The translations under genes and the position numbers were made by a program. From Bugula neritina (taxonomy: Eukaryota; Animalia; Bryozoa), in assembly GCA_964035545.1 (NCBI GenBank), contig OZ037767.1, forward strand, positions 24,692,628 to 24,756,627: a stretch of DNA of 64,000 nt, written 5' to 3'. Of this stretch, positions 13,601-26,148 are shown piece after piece (positions within the stretch are counted from its first letter, which is position 1; the number at the start of each line of letters is the position of its first letter). The notes beneath the pieces were generated by a model. It searched no databases, was not told where the DNA came from, and was given only the letters and a program-made list of their open reading frames with translations.

Positions 13601-16600
13601 GTGTGTTAAAGGGCACCTCAAAATTTCAGTTGGGAGCTCAGAAATCAGGTTATGTGAGCAATCCAGGTATGACAAATACTGCGAGAATACAATGTACATG
13701 TAGAAGAAACATTGTATGCACATTATATATACACATAATATATAATATATAATACTTGCCATAAACATATGTAAGTCTAATATAAAGATTTCATGCACAA
13801 AATGCCATAACGATCATTAGGGTTTCTCGTAGGCACAGAAACTGTGAGTGCTTCATATAGCTATTATGGTATACCTCCTGAATGAATTATATAATAGTTA
13901 CAGAACTCTCACAGTTACCTGTATACAGTATACAGTCAGTAGAGGCAGAGCTATATAACTACTCTACTAGACGATACACTGATACAGTGTCAAGTACTAG
14001 TTGATACAGTGTCAAGTACTAGATGATACAGTGTCAAGTACTAGATGATACAGTGTCAAGTACTAGATGATACAGTGTCAAGTACTAGATGATACAGTGT
14101 CAAGTACTAGATGATACAGTGTCAAGTACTAGATGATACAGTGTCAAGTACTAGACGATACAGTGTCAAGTACTAGATGATACAGTGTCAAGTACTAGAC
14201 GATACAGTGTCAAGTACTAGATGATACAGTGTCAAGTACTAGATGATACAGTGTCAAGTACTAGATGATACAGTGTCAAGTACTAGACGATACAGTGTCA
14301 AGTACTAGATGATACAGTGTCAAGTACTAGATGATACAGTGTCAAGTACTAGATGATACAGTGTCAAGTACTAGATGATACAGTGTCAAGTACTAGATGA
14401 TACAGTGTCAAGTACTAGATGATACAGTGTCAACTGTCAAGCACTAAATGATACATTGTCAGGTGCTACTCTACTAGATGATACAGTGTCAAGTACTAAA
14501 TGATACAATGTCAAGTACTAGATGATACAGTGTCAAGTACTAGATGATACAGTGTCAAGTACTAGATGATACAGTGTCAAGCACTAAATGATACAGTGTC
14601 AGGTGCTACTCTACTAGATGATACAGTGTCAAGTACTAAATGATACAATATCAAGTACTAGATGATACAGTGTCAAGTACTAGATGATACAGTGTCAAGT
14701 ACTAGATGATACAGTGTCAAGTACTGCACATACCCTCAAGTCTTGCAAGGTGTTGGGCACTTCTGGTAACTCATTATAGCTGCAGTCAAAGTGTCTCAGT
14801 TGTTTCATATTCTGTATCATAACAGGAGGAATATGGGTGATCTGGTTTCTAGACATGTCCAGATATGTTACTAATCTGTATTTTGTTACCAGACTAGATG
14901 GTACCTCCCCGAGATCCAGACCTACGGTATTCATAGACAGTAGGTAAAACTCTAGCTGGAGGTATATAATGTACGACTGCAGCATAAAAATATAAAATTT
15001 CACTCTACCCTTTATGTAGCATGCTTAATCAGAGTAGTTGTGTGATAGTTTACAAATTTTAATGAACGCAATTTAAAGAAGAAAACTGCACAATTTTTTT
15101 TACTATAACCATGTGCCAACCTGCTAAGCATTAATATGGAAAGCAAGAACTGTAAGTTTTACAAATTACAGCCATGTCTATTTGGTGCTTGAATTTGTTA
15201 TGGATTATGCATGTAAATAAAAAGGTAGACTAAATGGTGAATTGGAAGCTTTACTACTTAGTAGCTACCACCAGGCACCATATGGTTACCACCAGTTACC
15301 ATGCGGTTACTGCCGAACACAGTGAATAAGCAAATATACTATTAAATTTACAGAACAATATATTAAAATAAAACTCAGTGAAAACACTTTACAATATATA
15401 GATCTACTATTTGCAGTAATGGGGATTACTTGTATATAAAAATCATTGTTGTAGATTTATTACCATGAATCTAAATAACTCAATAAATTTAGCAAGCGCA
15501 TCTGTGTTTTAATTTATGTTTAACACAGAGTACCAGTATTGATTAATTGATTAGACCCACACAGAGTGTTTAAATCTAATGCTTCTTGGATGTTGACATC
15601 TTATTTATTACACCAGCTTGTTTTATTACTTGCCTATTCACCTCATTTGAAATACTCAAATCTTTCTCAGATTTCATCATGTTACCTGACAAACAAATCT
15701 TTTCAAGATTTACAAGATGTTTGTTGAGGACTCGTTCTATATGATGAGGACTGTTGTTGTTGATGTAGAGCTCTTTGAGTGTGACAGGGACGGACAACTC
15801 ATTCAAGGCATTGTCCTTGAGCTACATGTGGACAAGATACATGCCAGTAGTTTAATGCAATACTGCTCAATATCGTAAACACTGGAAAGTAACACATCAC
15901 CATACAATGGGGTGACATATAAGGAACTCTGCTCAGCATGAAGACGTCTGGAATTTTTAGGTCAGAATTTGCTACTTGAAGAAGCTATTTGACTATTACT
16001 AGCTACCATAAAAGACTATGAACTAAATCCCATTGCCAAGCTCTTATCAACTCTAAAGTACAATTTGCACCTTATAATTAGTGTAATAAGTTGCAGTTTA
16101 AAGTACCTTGAATGATATAACAACTTGCCTATTCACTAAAAATTAATATAATTACAGGTATTACACATGATATGATAGCGTAATATATGATTATAGTATT
16201 ATGTATGCATCACAGCATCTTATCTCTTAACTATTATGGCAGATTGCTTATGGTAATATAATATATATACAAGCATATGAACAAATTTTTCGAGAATGTG
16301 ACTTCTAATTTTACTAAAATATTATTTCTGGTAATTGCTTTGAATTATTAGCAGGTTTGGAAAAAGTGATCAATTGTGAAGCAAAAAGTCAGCAATCGAT
16401 TGGTTCTAAAGCAAAACTTTAGAATCTGATTGGTTAGAAAGACTACCTCCAACACAAGAAGCTGATTGAACATGTTATGAAAGTTCTTGTGTAGAAAAGT
16501 CAACTCGTTATGATTTAATTTGAGTTCAGTTAGCATCCTCCACTTCCTCAGTTCCCATGGCAACTGCGTCAGCTCATTGTAACTGAAATAAACAAATCAG

Positions 16601-19600
16601 CATATTTGTTGTAAAATTTTTATACAAAACTTTATATGGTAGTTACATAGTACTCAATTATATATTATATTAGATTTGTAAAATATCAAATTATAATCAT
16701 GATGCATATAAAAGTAAACCCAAATAGGCAATAAAAGGATGTAAATCAAGCGCAAAGAAAGATAACTCCTAGTTGATTATAATTTACATTTAAAAAGTGA
16801 ATCATCAATTAATTGACATTCAACATGATTTAAAAGTCTTCAAGCACAGAGCAATATCAAAAAGCTAAAAAGGTCTCGAGTCTAACAAATTTGGTGTGTT
16901 TTATGAACAGAATACCAAAAGGTAAAGGTATGAATAATAAAGTATATAATATATTGCATAACATTCAACTGAGCTTTTACATGTCCTAAAAATTAATTTT
17001 TCGATGTGCACATTTTAATACTAAAAAGTTTTTAACTTTCAATGTGAAAAAAGTTTTAGGTGACAAGTAAACTTTAAAACATGAATTAAATATTTTTAAA
17101 GAAATTCATTTTACCTTAGGTCTAAAGATTCTAAAATCTGAGCAAGGCCAATTTCTTCAGGTACAACAGTAATATAGTTATTTGATAAATTAAGGTGCTT
17201 CAAAGATCCTACCCTTCCTAAACTAGCTGGTATTTCTCTTAGTTGATTGTGTGACAAGTTTAAAGTACGCAGGCTTGACATTGGTCTATAAAACACATAA
17301 CAGAACATAGAGAAGACAAGTCCAATGATAAGAAAATTTCCCAAAGTGATGAAAGCATTTAATTGGTAATTCCAAATAAAAAAACGATGACAATTATTAC
17401 TGTTTCGAATAGAACAAGTTATTTTTCTAACGTTGCATAACATTGGTTACCTCATGTCAAAAGGTAAAGAGGTGATCTCATTATGAGATGCATTAAACTC
17501 CATACACCCTGGTAATCTCTCAACACCTTTAATATCAGATATGGAGTTGAATGAAACATCCAACTTCCTCAGACGTGAAAGTCTAAAAAGAAAAGTATTC
17601 TACACTGTAGGACTATCAATTTCTGTTGCAATTTCTGTAGACTATAAGTCAATGTTTGTGGTAGTGGTTACTATTATTGACTAACTTATGTAAGTTCTTT
17701 GGAAGAGAAGTGAGAGAGTTATTGTTAATGTAGAACTCTGTGAGACATTGCAATCTTTGTATGTTTTCTGGTAAGTCTATTAGTTCATTATGAGATAAAT
17801 CCAACACCTAATAACAAAAGAGAAAGTTTAAACTTATATTCAAAACAGTATCTCATATAAGATTCAAAATAACACAAATTAAAATATTTATGTAATGAAC
17901 ATCAGCCAATATTAATAAACACAAAAAATTTCAAAAGCATTCAAAACCAAGGCATGGTTCAATATCTCAACAACATTTTAGCATTTAGCAATAGGGGAGT
18001 GCATGTGGGAAAGTATTGTAGGGATTTGACAGAAAAGAGTTATAAAAGCCATACAATGAGCCCAACAAGCTTGAGAAGAGTATCATCCACGTCTAGTACC
18101 AGGTTGTGTGAGATGTTTAAATATGTTATATAGTGAGGAAAGAAACTAGCATCTGATTGGCTATTCTCATCTTTCGATTCGACAGACAATGTGTTCAACT
18201 AAAATTAGTGTTGAAAATTGATTCTTTAAACAAGACATTAAAAAGCTCACAAATAGCACTGATTCAGTGAGTATTACAAACTGTATATTAATTGTTTTGC
18301 AAAATATATGTAGAAAAATATATTGAAGGTGCTAAGGGAGTTGTCTTCTTTGACTAATTTACCAAAATTGAGTCAAGGAAAGTTTTCCAGCATATGATGA
18401 ACTTTATGCATGAGCACTCTAATGAAGTTCAGATTTAAGATATTCTCTCTTTTATGTCATGATTATTTTGTTAATGATTAAATAATAAAGCAATGTAGCA
18501 ATAAAGTATGATTTTTTCTAAAACACTTCCATGAGATTTGTATAGTAAAGGTTGAAAAGGCCATCAATTTGAGTGCTTGCAACCTGGTCTATCAGCCATC
18601 AGATTTGTAGTGAATTATATTGCTGGTGGAGTCACCTTGTTGAAGCTGAGGTCAAGGTGTGCCAGACAGTTGAGTCTGTTAAACCCCTGAGGTAAAGACT
18701 GTATCTGGCAGTGAGAGACGTCCAGATATGTGAGATGTAGCTCTCCCTTAGGAGGCAGCTTTGGCAGAGCCTCCAAGTTGTTGTAACTAAAACAATGATG
18801 TAAAATTTAAAGAATATTTGTGTAATTTCAACAACACAAAGACTTTATTGGTCTAAAATGTTAAAGCTATTTATAACCTATCTGTGCTTTACGAACCTTG
18901 CATTGAGAAAGCCGATGGGCTTTTTATAAACAGTCTTTGGTAGATGTTTGATCATGTTGTGAGAAATGTTGAGACTAAACAGAGCATTGGAAGAGAAAAT
19001 CTTGGCCGGAATCTTCTTGAACTTATTGTGGTCTGCTATTACTGTTTCCAATGTTTTGGTCTTGTGTACAGCTGCAATACAGGTATGCAGTATATTTAAC
19101 AAAACTTGACAATCATTGTTGATTTTCTGTATTTATATTACATGTTGTCCTAAAGACTTTAGAATTGAAGGAAAATCAAATAGAAGAGTTTAAAAAAAAT
19201 CAGCTACAATATTTAACCTATACTGTTCTTTACTAGCTAATGTTAAGTAGCCACATAGTCTAATTGGGTTAGAACAATAACATTATCATTGAAAGCCAAT
19301 ACCCTACATAAATGTGCAGATGTGTTTAGTTACAAAATTTAACTAACTGTAAAAATTCACTTGAAGAGTATATAAAAAAATGTAATTGGCAGCAGATAGT
19401 ATTATGATAAAATGAAAAGAGCTTTGAAATACATGGTTCATATGAGTTGAAGAGAACTGATAATAAATATATAAATTTATTTGAGGAAACACCAGTGGAA
19501 AGACAAACCAGCAGCCAGCTAGAAACAGCAAATCTAATACTTAGAAAAATTGCTACCAAAACTTTTGTCATTACATAGTATGCATATACTTGTAAGATAG

Positions 19601-20496
19601 GACTAACCAGGTTTAGAAGCTGTTTATGAATGAGCATAGTCAACAAGCAAGCCTAGCTGCACAAATTAGTCCTGCTGTCCACTTGCATGACTCACCTGGA
19701 AATTTAGTGATGCTGTTTCCTCCAAAATCTAAATGTGTCAACTTTTCAAGATCCGCAAACTTTGGAGGAAATTTTTTCAGTAGGTTGTCATGTACGACAA
19801 GTTTGGTGAGATTCTCACAAAGGTCAATGTACGGTTGCATTTTCTTGACGTGCCCATTTGTTACGATGAGCTCAGCGAGGAATTTGACTAACTCCTCATT
19901 CTTGTATACATGTTCTGGAATAATCTGTATATAATATGATTACAATAAACCCTTTAGCATTATGTCAAATACCCAAGTAAATTTTGTGATTGTAACTGCT
20001 TGGGCTGTATAAAACAAACTTGAAAATAAAACTGCTTTAAAAAAATTGTGTAATTAAATGAAAAATACTTTAATTTCACATGTATGCTTACTTGGACATG
20101 TATATAAAATAATGATAATAAAATTTGCTGTTCATGTGTGCCAACGTAAAATGTTTCAATATCTATATTTTTACATGCACATGACTATGCTTACTCTTGC
20201 ATGTGATTAATGATACTAGTTTTACCAATTAGTTCAGTATTATATTCATATTTATATCATTACATAATAATTTACTAGTTGTTTCAAGTTTACCAATAAA
20301 ATAAAAATTCTGCCCTCAACAGGAAAAATAATGCAGTTACCTTCAAGTTGTTGGAAGAAAACCAAAGCCGAATAGCCTGCGTCTGTTCACTTATTACCTC
20401 CATGTGACGAGAGACAAAAAGAGGAAGTGCTGAGATCTTACTTCTTTCTCCCAGTTCAGGTGGAGGGTCATCTTTCTTCTTCTTCTTGGGTGCCAT
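10654..20496 (-). CDS. Leucine-rich repeat protein (~838 aa; long SHOC2/LRRD1-type LRR array with Lys-rich N- and C-termini)
   Basis: 15 phase-consistent GT-AG exons: 20341-20496, 19696-19924, 18897-19071, 18636-18786, 18055-18198, 17686-17807, 17451-17582, 17115-17285, 16447-16582, 15642-15821, 14734-14955, 13498-13678, 12846-13040, 11675-11818, 10654-10832. Repeated LxxLxLSxNxLxxLP motifs; starts MAPKKKKK, ends GKKGNKKK*. Confidence 0.9.
13965..14725. repeat. 22-bp minisatellite (TAGATGATACAGTGTCAAGTAC) ~34 copies with a ~140-bp higher-order duplication
   Basis: Period 22 read directly; variant block at 14441 recurs at 14581; begins ~10 nt inside the intron from the donor at 14733. Confidence 0.95.
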
Positions 20497-21360
20497 GTTT
20501 CTCAGTTACACAAAAGTTTGCCTATTCAAGTGTGAGCAAAGATTTGTACACAACTAACATGGGTTCTCCTATTGAAAAATATAGACACCTCCTTTTTGTG
20601 CACTAACGGTAAACTAGAAATGAGAAAACTATAAAATAATAACAGAGCAAAGCTAGTAAAATGGTAAATCAATCACCTGGTTCTAACAACACTGATAAAC
20701 GATAATATTTTATTACAACAATGACCAGCTGAGAAACATTGAACTGTTGCTTTACTATCAACAAACAGAATTGAGTAATCAGTGGAATTTATACATTTAT
20801 TGTCATTCCATGTTTTCATTAACTGCATATGCATACAAATAACAGAATAGAAATACTAAGTAGCACTAACAATTTAAAAATAGCCCAACAAAACAGATTC
20901 TATTAAATGTTTAGGACGGATGGAAAATGGAAGTGTTGGTAAAGTGACACTAAAAACAGACTAACGCAAATAAAAATAAATAGAGCTAAATACACAAAAC
21001 ACAAACCTGATTTTACAATTTTTAGAATCACTTTCAAAATAAAAACACTTAAAATTCTCAACTAAAAACTTCATTAGCTTATTAAATGCCACCAAAAATA
21101 GATACACACTGAGTTTAACTTGAAAAGCTATGATGACTGGCAACAACCTAAAACTAGTTGAACAAAGAATTTTATTTAATATGTTGTACTAAATAGAATT
21201 GTAACTCATATGTAATACAAGCAGCTAGAAGTCGCAAATAGCCCGTGTAGCATTTTCAACGTGAGCTTTATATGGTGGTAGGAAGACCAGACCGCCCGAT
21301 TGAGTAGTAAAGTAAATGGAATACTTTTTACACATGCACAAGCAACTAGCTATCCATAGT

Positions 21361-24300
21361 TCATAGAGACACCCCAAACTGTTTGCATAGTTCATTCAAC
21401 TTCTCCTCCAGCTGTGCATTCCTTATCTCAGACTCTTGATAGTTGTATTTCAAATCTTCAATTTCCTCAAAAAATTCTGGACCAAAATTTGCCAATTCTC
21501 GCTTTAACTAAAATGTAAATAATTGATTAAGTACAAACCAATTGCTTTTTATGTAGTGATAAGAAAGTGTCAATTCATTTGATGAACAATTAATCTCACA
21601 ACCTTCAGACTACAGCTGCATGACAAAATATGGAAGAGCTGAAAGTGGCATGTATAAATAATGGAAATAGCAGCTCTTATAATGCAAGTTGGAATTAAAT
21701 AAGTGAGCAACACTTTAGTGGTTTATATCTTAATAGTTGAGATTCAGATTACTACAGTAAATTTAGATTCTTAAATTAAATTGAGTTGTAAAAGGCACGA
21801 CACATCAAGTTAAAATTTTTGCAAATGCTGCAAGTAACTAAAATGTATTTCTGCCACCTATTGAAGTTATTCAGTACAATTAAAACTAACATCTCTAAAT
21901 GCATAATTACCTTCTCGTTCTCCATTTTGAATTTATCTCTTTCCTGTTGCGTAGCATACAGCATGGTGCTAGTAACAGCTTGATCCTTAAGAGCTGAGTC
22001 ATACTTTCTTGCTTTCTCTACCATCTGATCATCCTGAAATACATTCCAATCGACATGTATGTAGGAAATATAACTCCAAACAACCTTGGCAACACACGAC
22101 ACATAATTTGAAAAAAAATGGTTTATTATATCTGAAGAAAAACCTCATGGAATTAGTGAAAAAAATAGGGAAAAGAAAATATAAAGTTAAGCCAATGTGA
22201 TTCTGTTTAAAATCTCATTGATCAATTTTCAAGCTCAGTTGATTGAGTAGCTTATCAAAGTGATTGAGCTGAACTTACATATTCATTTACAGCTGAATGA
22301 CCTTTGAACTTTCTTAGTTCATTGAGTATTTCAGACTTTTCCTCTTCAAGTCGCTGGTTTGTAAGCTTAGCTTGCTGCAGCTGCACCATCACCTACAGAA
22401 CAAAGCAATCATACCGTATTCCAATGTGTGTAATGTATAATAAGATATAACAAGTTTGGCTTTTAGTAAATCACATGTATTTCAATTCTGCAGAGCTATA
22501 ATTCGAATAAGACAACAATATAGTAAAAAGTTTTGATGCACTGATTTGCAGAATATAATTTTATTGTGATATAGAAAGCAAATGCACATGTCAGGTTTAA
22601 CAAAATAATTCATACTATGACAAGAATACCATTAATTTCCTATTAATTTCACATAAATTCTCCCACAGTACACACAACAGTACAGTACCACAGTACACAC
22701 AACAGTACAGTACCACAGTACAGTACCACAGTACAGTACCACAGTACAGTACCACAGTACAGTACCACAGTACAGTACCACAGTACAGTACCACAGTACA
22801 GTACCACAGTACAGTACCACAGTACAGTACCACAGTACACACAACAGTACAGTACCACAGTACAGTACCACAGTACACACAACAGTACAGTACCACAGTA
22901 CAGTACCACAGTACACACCACAGTACAGTACCACAGTACAGTACCACAGTACACACAACAGTACAGTACCACAGTACAGTACCACAGTACACACAACAGT
23001 ACAGTACCACAGTACACACCACAGTACACACAACAGTACAGTACCACAGTACCACAGTACACACAACAGTACAGTACCACAGTACAGTACCACAGTACAC
23101 ACCACAGTACACACCACAGTACAGTACCACAGTACAGTACCACAGTACAGTACCACAGTGCAGTACCACATTGTATGGAACAGACCTCAGAGTCAGTGAG
23201 CTGGGAGCCAGGAGGGAATCTTTCCAGTATAGATATCTTTCTCTCCAACTCTTCTCTCTCATTCAGGAACTCTTTCTCCCTCGTAGCCGAATCTCGTAAC
23301 AGAATCTTCATGTCGGCCAGTGCTTTGTTCTGTGAAGAAGACAAAGTCTAAATTTAAACTGAAAAACTGAAGCCATAGCGTCTCATAATAATTCTTAAAT
23401 CAACTCTAGTGTGAGAGGTGAGGCTATGTCTAAAACAGCTACTGCTAAGACTTTAAAGGTCACTTGTATATATGAAGTTCAGTTTTGCCATATAAACAGC
23501 CCAGATTTGAGTGTGTACAATATGAAACATGAATCAACACAGTTAAATGCACTACCTGCAGGACATAGAAATTGTATTTCTGCAAAATTAAATGCATGGT
23601 ATAAACCATAAACAAATACTCAATTTACACACAAGTATATGTAAATAAATAGTATTAACAGCTTTCTAAATTATTTTATTTTGAACAATTCAACCATGCA
23701 TGAATTCAACTTTTTAAAGATAATTAGTAGACACTTTGAAACAGATAAGAAGCTAAAACCACACATAAGGACAGAATGTTAACAACTTCAGTTAGTATAA
23801 AAACTCTCCTTTTGTTAAACTATTAAATTGACATATTTTCACATCAACAGTTGTGGCAGCAAGACTTAAATGCTTGCTGTTTAACCTCAAGTGCTGCTTT
23901 CACTAACCTTTGTGTCCAGCTCAACAGCCATACGATTAGCTTTCTCTTCAGACACACGGCTCACCACGTTAGCCTTCCAACTTTTCTGATCCGCTGGTCC
24001 GTGAGAACCTCTGCTAGCCTCAGCTGCCTCTAGCTGACTCTTCAACTCTTCAATAGCTTTCGCTCGCTGCTCGGAGGTTAGTCTGGCACTGTTCAACGCC
24101 ACCTTCAACTTCTCACTAGCTTCTTGTTCCTAAAAGCAGACCAAACACATCTCTATGTCTGATATTAAATTGAGTCAAGTTTCACATGCTGTAAGTTTTC
24201 TTTTCTTACAAGTCATGGTTTTAGAAGCTCTATAGTATTTTGGTTCGATGAATATTTTTTTACTGAAAATAGCATAACAGAAATTTTATTATTTACTCTA

Positions 24301-25965
24301 GTCAGATGTCTTGAAAAGTCTTATCACTTTTTGATGCTAATAAATAACTATCAGATGCAATGTGTATTCTATCAGCACATGTACTAAAGACTACAGCCTG
24401 TTTTATGCTCAGAATTCGTTCAGCTAGAACACTTCAAGTGCTGTGTACCTTCTTCAAGTCTTTTCGAAGCTTTTCAAAGTCACTAGTAAGACGTTTAGTG
24501 CCTTTATCTTTCATCTCATATCTTTCTGTTAAAGTAGCGCCCATTTTTGATCTACAAATCATTCAATTGGTAAAAAATAAACTTGGCATTTTCATCGACT
24601 AGATACAATAGAAATTAATATAAAAATAGAACTACTATAATTTCCTCGGAAAAATCTTGCTGTGAAATCTGGCGAGTAGAACTTAGATTAATAGAGAGCC
24701 GTTCTACTTTATACTGGCTCATAGAACAAGACAAGACAAGAGAAAACTATTTGTAGGTTATAAAAAGAAAATTTCTATTAAAATAGCAAAAAATACAAAT
24801 AATCGATCAAAATTTGAAGGCTATTTCAAAATCACAAGCTCTAAGGCTATTCATTGAAACAAAAGTTATACAATAATCATGCTTTCATTAGCAAGAAAAG
24901 ATAAGAGCACAGAGGACTGTTAAACCACATGGTTGTACACTAATGCAAAAAAGATTATTCCACTGTTGTTGTAAAAAATAAAAATGGCAGGAAAACTCAC
25001 AGATGACAGAATAAAATCCTCTAGCTGAACTACCAGCGAAGGCGCATCAGATTAACACGTATTATCAGTAGGAACATGTGGCATACTTAACTTATCAGCT
25101 TCAAACAACATAATATAATATACAGACTGGCTATACTAGCTTATATTTAGCAGCTCACCTTTTTCTAAATAAACCAAATATAAAATATGAGCACATGAAA
25201 AGCATTGCAGTAACATAAAACCTCTTGCAAATTGAACAAGACTTCACATGCACATACTTCGGCAAAATAAAGGATATCTGCAGAGCGTAATCTGCAACTC
25301 TATAAAACATCTACACGGTGTTAATCTGCATCAGATTGTAAATCGGCTTGTCCAAGAGAAGATAATCCTTAAATTACCTGAGCTCCTCCAATTGCCCTCT
25401 CAGACTGCTGTTTTCCCTTTCCAGATTCACCAGCTTTTCATTGCTCACTACTCCAGGCGCCAGCTTGAGCTTCTCAATTTCCCCTTGCTTTTTCTCAATG
25501 ACCTTTTTCAGTAGAGAAATTGTCTTCTCTAACTCCTTGGTACTTCTACCACTCTCTCCTATCTGTGACAGCCATAACACACCATAGGTAAAACATATAT
25601 AAAAAGTCCATGAATTTCATTATGACAATAGCTAACACACAATAAATATGTATATGTATTGTGTTTGTAAATAGAACAAGACCACAGCAATCATTACTAA
25701 ATATAATACGCTATCTCTGTAACTGGGCAGCAATTAATGGCACAATAGCTTTATTGCTAATGTAGGACAACGCTAATGATACCAATTCCTTAACAGATAG
25801 ACAGAGAAACAGACAGACAGATGGACAGAGATATGGACCAACAGACAGACTGACACACAGACAGACAGATGGACAGAGATATGGACCAACAGACAGACAA
25901 ACAGACTGACACACAGACAGACACACGGGCAGAGATATGGATCAAAAGACAGGCAGACAGATACG

Positions 25966-25999
<34 letters not shown>

Positions 26000-26074
26000 C
26001 ACCGACAGAGATATGGACCAACAGATAGGCAGACAGATACGCAGACACACGGACAGACAGACAGACTGACACGC

Positions 26075-26110
<36 letters not shown>

Positions 26111-26117
26111 TGACACG

Positions 26118-26148
<31 letters not shown>

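Noticed and set aside
13965-14725. Regular direct repeats resembling a CRISPR array
   Set aside because: Head-to-tail units without unique spacers, no cas genes, eukaryotic intron.
22615-23262. Long Cys/Val/Tyr-rich ORFs (also 25711-26116, 27918-28352, 38676-38957, 41737-42087, 61272-61577)
   Set aside because: Translations of stop-free intronic tandem repeats.
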